A stretch of DNA of 64,000 nucleotides from Octopus bimaculoides (GCF_001194135.2 NC_068983.1:29271254-29335253), one strand, 5' to 3'. Counted from the first letter of the stretch, positions 23,840 through 36,900 are shown. Notes: generated by a model not told the origin, from the letters alone. Numbers and translations are program-made.

Positions 23840-24195
23840 GCTCTGAATGCAGAAGATACACATAGACTGGAGAGAAATGAAGATAGTATGCTCTGTTGGA
23901 TGCGCAACATCAGTGCACATATATAACAAACTGTAAATGTATTGAGAGAAGAGTTGGGCATAAGAGGAATCAAATGTAGCATGCAAGAGTGAAGACTACG
24001 TTGGTTTGGACATGTGATGCATGTGAATGAGGACAGCTGCATAAAGAAAGTGGATGGCACCCACGGAAGAGGGAGACCCAGAAAGATGTGGGATGAAGTG
24101 GTAAGGACCAATCTGAGGATGCTGGGCCTCATGAAGGAAATGATAATGGATTGAGATTTCTAGCTATATGAGGTTCTTGAGAAGACCCACCCATG
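23835..24195 (+). mobile_element. RTE-clade LINE ORF C-terminal fragment
   Basis: WALNAED..RLERNE..MLCWM..LREELGI..RLRWFGHV..GRGRPRKMWDEVV with stops. Confidence 0.88.
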
Positions 24196-24809
24196 TCAGT
24201 GAGTTCTAGAAGCGCTAGGTGTCCCACCCTCACTTAACAGGAAAACTTCTCACACACTCTACCACAACAAACCAAACTACATCTCTACATCTCTTCTCTT
24301 CCTCACATTTCCACTTCATGCACTGGACTTACCTCTCACTCCCCATCTACTTACCCCTCCCTACCAGTACATTCTCAAAATATCATTCACACCACAAGAC
24401 TCCTTTGAATGAACAGCACGTGGAATTTATATCTCCACATAATCTACTTGTAATAACAAAATATGAATTCCTATCAGAATCTACATACCATGGACAAGAA
24501 GCATTTCTACCTATTCTACACAGCACATTCCTTGGATAATGGAACTGCAACTGTAACATCCAACAAATATTCATATTTTCATTCTCTTATTTTCCTTTAT
24601 ACTTCCTATATCCATCCTTTTCCAAAATAACTCCTTATATTGAACTCTACTATTTCCCTCTAGTTAGCTCTCTCATATCGTCACTGATGAAGGGATATCC
24701 ACACAGACTTGGTTTTGTTGTTTCATTTTTTTTAACACACAGACACACAGACACACACACACACACACATGCCACACACACACACACGCGCGCACACACA
24801 GAGACACAG

Positions 24810-24840
<31 letters not shown>

Positions 24841-25269
24841 CGACGGGCTTCTTTCAGTTTCCGTCTACCAAATCCACTCACAAGGCTTTGGTCGGCCCGA
24901 GGCTATAGTAAAAGATACTTGCCCATGGTGCAATGCAGTGGGACTGAACCTGGGACCATGTGGTTGGTAAGCAAGCTACTTACCACACAGCCACTCATTT
25001 TTTATGTGACACTAGCACTAGTGAAGTTGCCAAATAACTTGCAAGACAAAAGAAAAAGAAGCACTCCACCCTTAACTAAGTGGGGTTGTAGTAGTAGTGG
25101 GTGGGTGGGTGGTTTTATGCCAGATGTTGAGAGGTTAAAGTATGACAGAAGGACAGGCACAGGGATCATACTCTAAAAGAGTTACATGACTACCCTGCAT
25201 TACATAAGAGTGGAAAAGATAGATACATGGACTCCTTTCAGTTTCCATCTACCAATTCTGCTCACAATA

Positions 25270-25515
25270 GTGGAAGTGCATGGCTTAGTGGTTAGGGTGT
25301 TGGACTCATGATCGTAAGATTGTAGTTTTGATTCCTGTACCGGGTGATGCATTGTGTTCTTGAGCAAAACACTTCATTTTATGTGGCTCCAGTCCACTCA
25401 GCAGGTGAAAATGAGTAATCCTGTGATGGACTGGCGCGCTATCCAGGTGAGGAATTTATACACCATGAAACCAAGAAAGTGGCCCTTATGTGTCGGTATG
25501 ACTTGAGAAGGAAAC
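25270..25515 (+). mobile_element. SINE family F (head GGCTTAGTGGTTAGGGTGTTGGACTCATGA)
   Basis: Related copies at 28710-28890(+), 20780-21080(-), 39480-39700(-), 58700-58920(-). Confidence 0.75.
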
Positions 25516-25673
25516 TTTTAGTCAAAATGAACTGACCTCAGTACTTTTTTCTTTAAGGCCTTGTACTTATTCTTTCTGTCTCTTTGCCAAACCGCTAAGT
25601 GATGGGAATGTAAACACACCAACACCAGTTGTCAAGCAGTGGCTGGGGACAAACACAGATACAAAGACACAAA

Positions 25674-25772
<99 letters not shown>

Positions 25773-26311
25773 CATGAGCTTGTTACAGTTTCCATCTACC
25801 AAATCCAATCATGAGGCTTTGGTTAGCCTGTGGACCAAAGAAGACACCTGCCCAAATGCCAGACAGTGGGAATGAACCCAGAACCTTGTGGTTAGGAAGT
25901 AAACTTCTTACCACACAGAAGACAAGACTATCTTATTCAGTGTGACTTTTCTTAAAATGGTTGGGTACAAATTGAAGATTCGATTTGCTATTTCTAGAAT
26001 TCCAGTAACCACTTACAGAGTCTACAATTGGCTCATAAAACTAGATGTGACCTTGAACGACAGTTGGTAACAAAGGAGTTAAATGTATGCTCAGAATCAG
26101 AACAGAGTTATGACATTTCCAAAATTTAATATAATATTTTAAAGAGAAAAATGATAATTGCTATGAAGTAAGAGATTAGCTACCAGCAAGATGACACTAG
26201 AATGTTGATGTTGTTGTTCTTATTGTTGTTTAGCAGTAGGTCATCCTGATTATAGCAAACTATAATCAGAGGCATACCAATTTCTTATTTTTTTTCTCAG
26301 ATATTATGTAT

Positions 26312-26562
26312 ACTCTTACTCTTTTACTTGTTTCAGTCATTTGACTGCGGCCATGCTGGAGCACCGCCTTTAGTTGAGCAAATCAACCCCAGGACTTATT
26401 CTTTGGAAACCTAGTACTTATTCTGTCGGCTTCTTTTGCCGAACCGCTAAGTTACGGGGACATAAACACACCAGCATCGGTTGTCAAGCAATGCTAGGGG
26501 GACAAAGACAGACACACAAACACAGACACACACACAAACACAGACACACACACACACACAAG

Positions 26563-26598
<36 letters not shown>

Positions 26599-27481
26599 TT
26601 TATAAATATAATTAAGGGATCAGCAAAATATTTGCTTCACCATATACCGAAGTTCAGAAAATAGCAGCTAAAAAAGCTGAGAATCTCACAGATAGCATCA
26701 CTTGTAACTCACAAAAGTAAAAACAAGAAGAAAAAACAATGAAAAACTAACCAANNNNNNNNNNNNNNNNNNNNNNNNNNNNNNNNNNNNNNNNNNNNNN
26801 NNNNNNNNNNNNNNNNNNNNNNNNNNNNNNNNNNNNNNNNNNNNNNNNNNNNNNNNNNNNNNNNNNNNNNNNNNNNNNNNNNNNNNNNNNNNNNNNNNNN
26901 NNNNNNNNNNNNNNNNNNNNNNNNNNNNNNNNNNNNNNNNNNNNNNNNNNNNNNNNNNNNNNNNNNNNNNNNNNNNNNNNNNNNNNNNNNNNNNNNNNNN
27001 NNNNNNNNNNNNNNNNNNNNNNNNNNNNNNNNNNNNNNNNNNNNNNNNNNNNNNNNNNNNNNNNNNNNNNNNNNNNNNNNNNNNNNNNNNNNNNNNNNNN
27101 NNNNNNNNNNNNNNNNNNNNNNNNNNNNNNNNNNNNNNNNNNNNNNNNNNNNNNNNNNNNNNNNNNNNNNNNNNNNNNNNNNNNNNNNNNNNNNNNNNNN
27201 NNNNNNNNNNNNNNNNNNNNNNNNNNNNNNNNNNNNNNNNNNNNNNNNNNNNNNNNNNNNNNNNNNNNNATCCCTTAATTATATTTATAAATATATATAT
27301 ATATATATACATATATATACGACAGGCTTCTTTCAGTTTCTGTCTACCAAATCCACTCACAAGGCTTTGGTCAGCTCGAGGCTATAGTAGAAGACACTTG
27401 CCCAAGATGCCACGCAGTGGGACTGAACTCGGAACCATGTGGTTGGTAAGCAAGCTACTTACCACACACCCACTCCTGCGC
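26312..27481 (-). mobile_element. SINE family A copy split by an inverted-repeat-bounded insert and a gap
   Basis: 3' half 26312-26590, 5' half 27300-27481. Confidence 0.85.
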
Positions 27482-27734
27482 TATAATATCTTGAACTACA
27501 TTATACAGTGTGTTCTTCCTCACATTTTTTTTTATTTAGGTAAGGAGTGATAAGCAAGAAATTTGACTGTTACTTCTAGCAAGTTAAGCAATCCTCCTGA
27601 AGCTGCTTTATGGCTTGTAGAAAGAGATAACTCATAAAGCTACCCAGATACACGGCTAGGAGGGTGAGGTCTACTCCAGGTGGTGCTGTTATGGAGGGAA
27701 CACTTTTGGGTCTGCTGTATAAGTCTGTATAGGT

Positions 27735-27885
27735 AGTAGCAGTAACAACAGCAACAACAACAACGGCAACAATAACAGCAGTAATGGAAGGAACACTAGC
27801 AGCAACAGAACTAGCACAATGATAACAACAACAACAGCAGCAGCAGCAGCAGCAGCAACAACTACAACAGCAGCAGCAGCAGAAA
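27735..27885 (+). repeat. Compound (CAG/CAA/AAC)n trinucleotide repeat
   Basis: Directly visible; lies in the intron just after exon 27925-28006. Confidence 0.9.
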
Positions 27886-27924
27886 TTAGAAAAAAACAGA
27901 AATAAAAACAAAACAAATAATTAC

Positions 27925-28006
27925 TCTTTTTCATCCGCAACAAATTTGGTTTGAAATATTGTTGCCATTTGTACATTTTGGCACATTTTTAAAAGTTCTG
28001 AAATGT
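27925..28006 (-). CDS. CCDC122-like exon, ISELLKMCQNVQMATIFQTKFVADEK
   Basis: Very strong polypyrimidine tract plus CAG, donor GTAATT, phase 1/2. Confidence 0.83.
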
Positions 28007-28223
28007 CTGATGGGTAAAAAAGAAAAGAAATAAGAAAATATCAGATTGAAAAAAATACTAAAAGACAAGATTTTAAAGTTTCACTTCACATCCTCCTGTC
28101 ACACAACACCCACTTTCCTGATTCTTTTGGTACTTCAACCTGTTAAAGTTATCCCTTTTCTATGCTTACTACCTTCTTTTGCAGCAAATGTGTTTCCTAT
28201 TTGATCCATCATGGACAACCTAG

Positions 28224-28626
28224 AGTGGCTGTGTGGTATGTAGCTTGCTTACCAACCACATGGTTCTAGGTTCAGTCCCACTGTGTGGCACCTCGGGCAA
28301 GTGTCTTCTACTATAGCCTCAGGCCAACCAAAGCCTTGTGAGTGGATTTGGTAGATGGAAACTGAAAGAAGCCCGTCGTATATATGTATATATATATATA
28401 TGTATGTGTGTGTATATGTTTGTGTGTCTGTGTTTGTCCCCCCAAACATCGCTTGACAACCGATGCTGGTGTGTTTACGTCCCCGTAACTTAGCGGTTCA
28501 GCAAAAGAGACCAATAGAATAAGTTCTAGGCTTACAAAGTCCTGGGGTCGATTTACTTGACTAAAGGCAGTGCTCCAGCATGGCCGCAGTCAAATGACTG
28601 AAACAAGTAAAAGAGTAAAGGAGTAA
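28224..28626 (+). mobile_element. SINE family A copy
   Basis: Full-length match to 6650-7050. Confidence 0.92.
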
Positions 28627-29253
28627 TTGTCTTGTCCCCTCACAATCTAAGCCTGAAAAATATTGTGGCTACGAATTCCCCTTTCCTCTTTTGAAGGCAT
28701 GTAGCCTTGCCTTGTGGTTAGGGTGTTGGGCTCATGATTATCAGGTTGTCAGTTCAATCCTCGGACAGGGCAGTGCACAGTGTTTTTTTTAGTAAAGCAT
28801 TTCAATTCTCATTGCTCAAATACACTCAACTGAAAATAAGTACCAATTAACCTATGGATTAACTTGTGATGGATTAATGTCTTGCTTAGTAGGGAAGCTT
28901 CATACAATCAATCTAAATATCTTAGAGATCCAGATAAACTCTGGTTTCACTAGCCAGTAGACTCAAAACAATTTTAACATCTCCCTCTCATTATATTACA
29001 AGGAATATAAGGCAGTGAGTTGGCAAAATCACTAACATGCTGGACAGAATTCTTAGTGGCATTTTGTCTATCTTCATGTTCTGGGTTCAAATTCATGCTT
29101 TTGGGGTTGACAAAATAAGAACCAGTTGAGCACAGGGGTTGATGTTATCAGCCACCTCCCTCCCACAAAATTTCAGGCCTTGTGCCTATAGCAGAAAAGA
29201 TTATAATACAAGGAATAAACCATGCCTTTCTTCCTGCATTTATAGAGGGTGGA

Positions 29254-29635
29254 GGAGGCGCAATGGCCCAGTGGTTAGGGCAGTGGACTCGCAGTCATAG
29301 GATCGCGGTTTCAATTCCCAGACCGGGTGTTGTGAGTGTTTATTGAGCGAAAACACCTAAATCTCCACGAGGCTCTGGCATGGGATGGTGGCGAACCCTG
29401 CTGTACTCTTCCACCACAACTTTCTCTCACTCTTACTTTCTGTTGTGCCTGTAATTCAAAGGGTCAACCTTGTCACACTGTGTCACGCTGAATATCCCCG
29501 AGAACTACGTTAAGGGTACACGTGTCTGTGGAGTGCTCAGCCACTTGCACGTTAATTTCAAGAGCAGGATGTTCCGTTGATTGGATCAACTGGAACCCTC
29601 GACGTCGTAAGCGACAGAGTGCCAACAACAACAAC
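29254..29635 (+). mobile_element. SINE family D1 (tRNA head GGAGGCGCAATGGCCCAGTGGTTAGG; tail GGAGTGCC(AAC)n)
   Basis: A/B boxes intact; second, 5'-truncated copy at 32281-32622. Confidence 0.88.
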
Positions 29636-29785
29636 ATATAGAGGGTGACTAAAAATGTGTTAATCTCAGTATTTGAGGTTTTATTAAAGAAAAGTTCAAC
29701 AGTTACCAATGACACCAGTCATCAGAACTAAATACAAATAAATAAATAAATAAAATCTGAAAAATGCAAAAATGTCATGACTTGC

Positions 29786-29893
29786 CTTTCTCCAGTTTGG
29801 TGCATTCTTGTAACTTCTTTTGGGTTTCACACTGATTGAGTTGTTGAGTCAATTCTGACAAAACTCTAAGGTTGGCATCATAGTTCTCTTTGG
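29786..29893 (-). CDS. CCDC122-like exon, KENYDANLRVLSELTQQLNQCETQKKLQECTKLEK, with GC donor
   Basis: CAG acceptor; AAG|GCAAGT donor (GC-AG consensus); phase 1 matches the next exon (G|AC = Asp). Confidence 0.83.
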
Positions 29894-30069
29894 CTGAATT
29901 TCAGAGTAAGAATCAGAATATACCACAATGATAGCATCGTATAGATTTAACTCTTTCAAGTTCAGAATTAATGGTTTCAAATTTTGGCAGAAGGCTAGCA
30001 ATTTTAAGGAAAATGACAACAGACAGCACTGTCCATAGCCCTGCAATTTTTTATGCAAGTACAGAAAGT

Positions 30070-30143
<74 letters not shown>

Positions 30144-30157
30144 GCACACGCACACGC

Positions 30158-30197
<40 letters not shown>

Positions 30198-30958
30198 TTC
30201 TAATACAAGCACAAAACCTCATGTTTAAAGGCAGGGAACAATCGATTATAATCAATATCAGTACTTAAATGGAAGCTATATTATCAGCTTCAGAGGATTG
30301 AAAGGTTAATTGATCCAAGCAATATTTGGACCCTGAATTTAAAGATATGTAACTAAAATATCACAATGCATCTTGTTGAGTGCTCTACTGATTGTGCCAA
30401 ACCATTGCAGTCACTTTTACTATTAGTATAAATAACAACAGTAGAATCATACTTCTGAAATAAAATTATGCGAACCGCTAAGTTAAGGGGACGTAAACAC
30501 ACCACCATCGGTTGTCAGGCGATGTTGGGGGACAAACACAGACACACATACATATATATACATATATACGACGGGCTTCTTTCAGTTTCTGTCTACCAAA
30601 TTTACTCACAAGGCTTTGGTCGGCCCGAGGCTATAGTAGAAGATACTTGCCCAAGGTACCACACAGTGGGACTGAACCTGGAACCATGTGGTTCATTAGC
30701 AAGCTACTTACCACACAGCCACTCCTACATCTGAACTGTTATAATATCAAATGTTCCTGATGTTATCTTATTACTCTCCAGCTGTGTATCTTCAACAAGC
30801 ACTCCATGATATCTCTATTCAATAATCCCTATGACCTGTACACTATGACACTCTTCTCAGACTGTTCTGCGCATGCTCATTTATACTAACTAGTATAGTT
30901 CATTTAGCCAATCACGGGGGTGTACAGATTCCCTATACGACAAAAAGAAATACTTTAC

Positions 30959-30974
30959 CTTGATCCAACTGGAC
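30959..30974 (-). CDS. CCDC122-like 16-nt microexon, VQLDQ(A)
   Basis: TTTTCTTTTCCACTAG acceptor, AAG|GTAAAG donor; supplies the phase 0 to phase 1 change needed between the flanking exons. Confidence 0.8.
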
Positions 30975-31049
30975 CTAGTGGAAAAGAAAATAATAAAATA
31001 ATTGAAAGTTTTCAAATTTGCAGGTGAGATAAATAATTACTCAACATAC

Positions 31050-31088
<39 letters not shown>

Positions 31089-31529
31089 TTCCCTCTAACT
31101 TTACTCTTTCTGTACTGCCACCCTTTCTCTCTTTCTCCTTTGGCCACCTCTACTTTCGCCCATCACCCACTCTTGTCCCTGTTCACCCCTGCTTTTGATC
31201 ATCACTTCACTCTCATCTACATCCTAATAAATCTGTCTCTTCCTATCTTGCTCTTTTCCCTTTCACCCAATCATTCTAGCTTTTCTGCTGGCATTGCTCA
31301 GCAGAGAAGTAGTTGGGTTGTGAGGTACCTGTAGTCATGCCCAATCAAGGGCTTAGCAATCTTTCTTGCATTGGTGCCACAAGAAAATGCATCCAGTACA
31401 CTCTGTAAAAGCAGTTAGTGATAGGAAGGACATCCAGCCATAGAAACCAAGCTAATGGACATGTGACTCCCACTAAGAAATGGCTTGCACCATGATGAAT
31501 AATCCAACTCATGTCAACATAAAAGCCTG

Positions 31530-31623
<94 letters not shown>

Positions 31624-33128
31624 CTCTCTCTCTCTCTTTTATCTTTTATTCAGTCATTGGACCATGGTTATGCTGGAGTGCTGTCCTGAGAAAACGTCAA
31701 ACAATGCCTCATGAGACTTGAACCTGTATCTCCTACAGACATGACAGATGTTCTACTATTGTACTAAAGGGCCTCATACAGATCTATCAAGCAAATCAAT
31801 TGTGCTCAATCTTTGAAATCAATTAGATTGAAAGTTCTCCAGTTCTTTACATATTTTGAACCATTGTTACTTCTGACCATGTTGGTTCACCATGAAAGAT
31901 GATACTTCAGTTCAAAAATTTCGTTTTTCCTCCATCTCTTTTGTGGCTGCTTCTCCACGACAGCTTGAATGGAATAATTTAGTGTTTTGTGAATTTGGTT
32001 ATTTACATATAAAGTATACTGAACGAATAACATTTATAGCTTGGTACCTCTCATTCTGTTTATCATTCAACTGAAAGTGAAACAGGAGAATCCGAGGGAA
32101 AATAATGGTCTGTGTTGGTAAATAATAGAAAGTACAAACAGATCATGAACTGAATCTGAAATGTCAAACCTATCAGCTGCCTTATGGCATGCTTACTTAT
32201 TCCCAGTAGTTAAGATAGTGTCAATACATTTATTGAATGTAGGGATCATAGAAAAGCTATCTAGAATCAAGAAAAAATCTTAGGGCAGCGGACTCGCAGT
32301 CGTAGGATCGCAGTTTCAATTCCCAGACAGGGTGTTGCGAGTGTTTATTGAGCGAAAACACCTAATGCTCCACGAGGCTCCGGCAGGGGATGGTGGCGAA
32401 CCCTGCTGTACTCTTCCACCACAACTGTCTCTCACTCTTACTTCCTGTAATTCAAAGGGTCAGCCTTGTCACACTGTGTTACGCTGAATATCCCCGAGAA
32501 CTACATTAAGGGTACACGTGTCTGTGGAGTGCTCAGCCACTTGCACGTTAATTTCACGAGCAGGCTGTTCCGTTGATCGGATCAACTGGAACCCTCGACG
32601 TCATAAGCGATGGAGTGCCAACATACATATATTCAATGCAGGGAACATCACAAAGCTAATGAGAAATAATTTATATAGTAAGACGACAAACAAGAAGATA
32701 GACAGACAGACAGGTATGCAAATAGACAAACACGCATATAGACAGACAGGCAGATAGACAGGTAGGCAGATAGACAGGCAGGTAGATAGACAGGCAGGCA
32801 GAAAGACAGACAGATAATCAAGTCAGTGTTAATACAACAAATTCAGGGATTAATTCATTTGAACACGTTAACTGGAATTAGGCACAGGCATTGCCGTGTG
32901 GTAAAATGTTTGCTTTCCAGCCACATGGTTCTGGGTTCAGGCCCACTGTGTGGCACCTTGGACAAATGTCTTCCACTATAGCTTTATGAGTGGATTTGGT
33001 AGATGAAAACTGAGAAAAGACTGTTATATATATATATATGGGAGAAATTACGAAAAAACAACAGACGAAGACAGGTGGTGTAAACAACAAATGAATGTAT
33101 TAGTATAACGCTTGGAAATAGAGAAAGT

Positions 33129-33164
33129 CTTTAACATTTCGAGCCTACGCTCTTCAACAGAAAG
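33129..33164 (-). ncRNA. Minimal hammerhead-like motif with CUGUUGA core variant
   Basis: CUUU CUGUUGA A GAGC-GUAG-GCUC GAAA UGUU AAAG: all three stems present, A6 replaced by U. Confidence 0.55.
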
Positions 33165-33321
33165 GAACACAGAAAGAAACAAGGAGAGAAAAAAAATATA
33201 AGTGTAGTGGTCAGTGATCTATCCATCATCATCATTTAATGTCCGCCTTCCATGCTGGCATATGACATGGGTAGAATTATGTAAAGTTAGTACTCATGAG
33301 CTTCAGGTTAATTGTCTAACT

Positions 33322-33609
33322 CAGGGTTCCTCAACCACTAAGCTGCAGACCAGTACCAAGCCATGAATCATTTATTACCAGGCTGCACAGAAAGTATAAA
33401 ACTTTAAAAATTTTATTTCTACTTTATTGACTATCACAGTCTGCAGAGTGTTTTTGCATTATATATGTATATAGTATATATAATATATATATGCAATAAT
33501 TAAATTATATATTACACCTTTATTGTGTTTTGTTATGCACATGGTCCCCTCGGTGGAAATATCGTCTTGCATGAAATCTATGGTGCAAAAAAGGGTTTGG
33601 GAACTGCTG
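33322..33609. mobile_element. hAT (Charlie/MER5-like) MITE
   Basis: TIRs CAGGGTTCCTCAACC / GGTTTGGGAACTGCTG; degenerate 8-bp flanks GTCTAACT/CTCTACCT. Confidence 0.62.
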
Positions 33610-35450
33610 CTCTACCTCATTAATCCTTCAGCATTTAAACTGGCCACATCCAGCCCAAATAGTCTACCAGATTTGGCCTTTCACACTTAATATTTTAAAA
33701 ATAAGGAATCTTTTATCTTTCACTTGTTTCAGTCATTTGACTGTGGCCATGCTGGGGCACCGCCTTGAAGAATTTTTAGTTGAATGAATCAACCCCAGTA
33801 CTTAAGTTTTCTTTTGCTAAGCCTTGTACTTATTCTATCAGTTCTTTTGCTGAACTGCTAAATTACAATGAAAACACACCAACACTGGTTATCAAGCAGT
33901 GGTGGAGGACACACACGTGCGCGTGCACACACACACACACATACACGTGCGCGCGCGCACACACACTCACACACACACACACGCAAACATATATGATGGA
34001 TTTCTTCCAGTTTCCACCTACCAAATCCACTCACAAGGCTTTGGTTGGCCCAAAGCTATAGTAGAAGGCATTTGGCCAAGGTTGCCATGCAGTGGGACTA
34101 ATCCCGAAACCATGTCGTTGGGAAGCAAGCTTCTTACCACACATTATTGAAATCTCAATAATGCATGATAACTTCAAAATAATGTGAATAGACGCAGGCA
34201 TGGCTGTGTGGTAAGAAGCTTGCTACCCAACCACATGGTTCTGAGTTCCCTCCCATGGTTCTGAGTTCCCTCCCGCATGGTACCTTGGGCAAGTGTCTTC
34301 TACTATAGTCTCAGGTTGACCAAACCCTTTGTGAGTGGATTTGGTAGACGGAAACTGAAAAAAGCCAGTTGTACATATAATATATATTGGGGGCACGGCG
34401 GTGCATCAGCATGGCCACAGCTCTAAGCTGAAACTATAAACAATATATAATATATATATNNNNNNNNNNNNNNNNNNNNNNNNNNNNNNNNNNNNNNNNN
34501 NNNNNNNNNNNNNNNNNNNNNNNNNNNNNNNNNNNNNNNNNNNNNNNNNNNNNNNNNNNNNNNNNNNNNNNNNNNNNNNNNNNNNNNNNNNNNNNNNNNN
34601 NNNNNNNNNNNNNNNNNNNNNNNNNNNNNNNNNNNNNNNNNNNNNNNNNNNNNNNNNNNNNNNNNNNNNNNNNNNNNNNNNNNNNNNNNNNNNNNNNNNN
34701 NNNNNNNNNNNNNNNNNNNNNNNNNNNNNNNNNNNNNNNNNNNNNNNNNNNNNNNNNNNNNNNNNNNNNNNNNNNNNNNNNNNNNNNNNNNNNNNNNNNN
34801 NNNNNNNNNNNNNNNNNNNNNNNNNNNNNNNNNNNNNNNNNNNNNNNNNNNNNNNNNNNNNNNNNNNNNNNNNNNNNNNNNNNNNNNNNNNNNNNNNNNN
34901 NNNNNNNNNNNNNNNNNNNNNNNNNNNNNNNNNNNNNNNNNNNNNNNNNNNNNNNNNNNNNNNNNNNNNNNNNNNNNNNNNNNNNNNNNNNNNNNNNNNN
35001 NNNNNNNNNNNNNNNNNNNNNNNNNNNNNNNNNNNNNNNNNNNNNNNNNNNNNNNNNNNNNNNNNNNNNNNNNNNNNNNNNNNNNNNNNNNNNNNNNNNN
35101 NNNNNNNNNNNNNNNNNNNNNNNNNNNNNNNNNNNNNNNNNNNNNNNNNNNNNNNNNNNNNNNNNNNNNNNNNNNNNNNNNNNNNNNNNNNNNNNNNNNN
35201 NNNNNNNNNNNNNNNNNNNNNNNNNNNNNNNNNNNNNNNNNNNNNNNNNNNNNNNNNNNNNNNNNNNNNNNNNNNNNNNNNNNNNNNNNNNNNNNNNNNN
35301 NNNNNNNNNNNNNNNNNNNNNNNNNNNNNNNNNNNNNNNNNNNNNNNNNNNNNNNNNNNNNNNNNNNNNNNNNNNNNNNNNNNNNNNNNNNNNNNNNNNN
35401 NNNNNNNNNNNNNNNNNNNNNNNNNNNNNNNNNNNNNNNNNNNNNNNNNN

Positions 35451-35663
35451 GAAGAAGAAAAAGAAGAAGCAGAGGAGAAGAAGCGGAGGAGGAGGAGGAG
35501 GAGGAGGAAGAAAAAGAAGAAGCGGAGGAGGAGAAAGAAGAAGCAGAGGAAGAGGAGGAGGAGGAGGAAGAAAAAGAAGAAAAAGAAGAAGAAAAAAAAG
35601 AAGCGGAAGAGGAGAAAGAAGAAGAAGAAGAAGAAGAAGAAGAAGAGGAGAAAGAAGAAGAAG
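35451..35663 (+). repeat. (GAA/GGA)n polypurine tract
   Basis: Almost pure purine run next to gap 34460-35450. Confidence 0.95.
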
Positions 35664-35972
35664 TTTTAGTTTTCAACTATAGTTTCATTCAGTTGTGTTG
35701 TGGAAAGCTGTTATTGGACAGGACAGGTCACCATTTACTTGTTTGAATACAAGGAAGAAAACTTTGGATAACATCATTATGCAAGCAGACATATGACCAA
35801 AGACATTCTGGTGACACCAATTCTGTTATTTTGTGCCTCATATTGAGTCTCCTGTGTGGAAAGAGGATGCTAAACGATGATGATGATGATGACGATGATG
35901 CTGCTACTGCTGCTGCTGCTGATGATGATGATGACCAATAAACCAAATACTGAAACCACATAAGAAAATTAC

Positions 35973-36079
35973 CTTCAAGTTCTCCGATGTCTGCTTCTGG
36001 TTTCTTAATTTCAAAGTCTGTCCTTTATGTATGTTAGACAATTCTCTTACAACTCCAGGTAGTGCCCATCTCCCTAAAG
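35973..36079 (-). CDS. CCDC122-like exon, LGRWALPGVVRELSNIHKGQTLKLRNQKQTSENLK
   Basis: Long T-rich acceptor with two TAGs 6 nt apart, AAG|GTAATT donor. Same register as recalled human CCDC122 [31 protein letters not shown]. Confidence 0.82.
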
Positions 36080-36194
36080 CTAAAATATAAAAAAAGTAAA
36101 AATAAAATGTTTATTTTCTGAGATTGAATTATATAAATCACACAGAATGTCATCACTTTGCAAATTATTAAGACAAAAAAGCAAGCAGATTTAC

Positions 36195-36390
36195 AAGTGT
36201 CAGCTGGGAAGTTCATTGGATGATCAAGATACTCTCATGGAATGTGACTAAATGAGGTTTATTTTTCAACATAGTCCCCTTTGTGGTCCACACACTTCTT
36301 CTATCAGTGTTGCAATGCTTGGATCTAATTGGTGCAAAAGCTTTCATCCTGTTGGTCAAAAAGGTCATCAACATCATTGCGATACTGGTT
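36195..36390. mobile_element. Mariner-like terminal fragment
   Basis: TTTATTTTTCAACATAGTCCCC...ACACACTTC..CAGTGTTGC pattern typical of mariner ends (recalled). Confidence 0.45.
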
Positions 36391-36649
36391 CCCAGCCAAG
36401 TGTTTAAAACAGCAGGTTTGTATCATTATCATCATCAACACCATCATTTAATGTCTGTTTTCCATGGTGGCATGGGTTGGATGGTTTCACAGAAGTTGGC
36501 AAGTCAGAAGACTGTGTCAAGATCAGTTGTCTGTTTTGGCATGGTTTCTACAGTTGGGTGCCCTTCTTTATGCCAACCAATTTACAGAGTATACTGGGTG
36601 CTTTTAGCATGGCACAAGCACCGGTGAGATCACGACATCACACACACGC

Positions 36650-36688
<39 letters not shown>

Positions 36689-36708
36689 AACACATGCGTA
36701 CACTTATA

Positions 36709-36900
36709 CGAGGGATGCTGAAAAGTTCCTAGCATTAAGGTTCTCATGAAAAGCTGGTTTGGAGGCCTCACCTTCCAAGTTCTTTTTCAGGGCTTAGAAA
36801 AACTGAAGGACCACTGCAATTGATATGCAAATTTGAGTGAATCTGTGAATCCTCCTGTATTTTCTTTTACCCAAAACCAGGAACTTTTCAGCACCCACTC
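36709..36900. mobile_element. Mariner-type MITE
   Basis: TIRs GAGGGATGCTGAAAAGTTCCTAG / CCAGGAACTTTTCAGCACCCACTC; TA before the left end. Confidence 0.7.

Noticed and set aside
24684-24705. CTGATGA-A-GGGATATCC after a possible Penelope remnant (24200-24680)
   Set aside because: No GAAA or stem III follows; too truncated to call.
31891-31963. Exon-like stretch CRGEAATKEMEEKRNF*TEVSSFM (minus) with an in-frame TGA; considered as an edited or read-through stop
   Set aside because: Exon 35973-36079 has stronger splice sites, the right phase and the right register with CCDC122, so this stretch is not needed; all three frames contain stops.
35451-35676. Poly-Ser / poly-Glu-Lys ORF
   Set aside because: Translation of a GAA/GGA microsatellite inside an intron.
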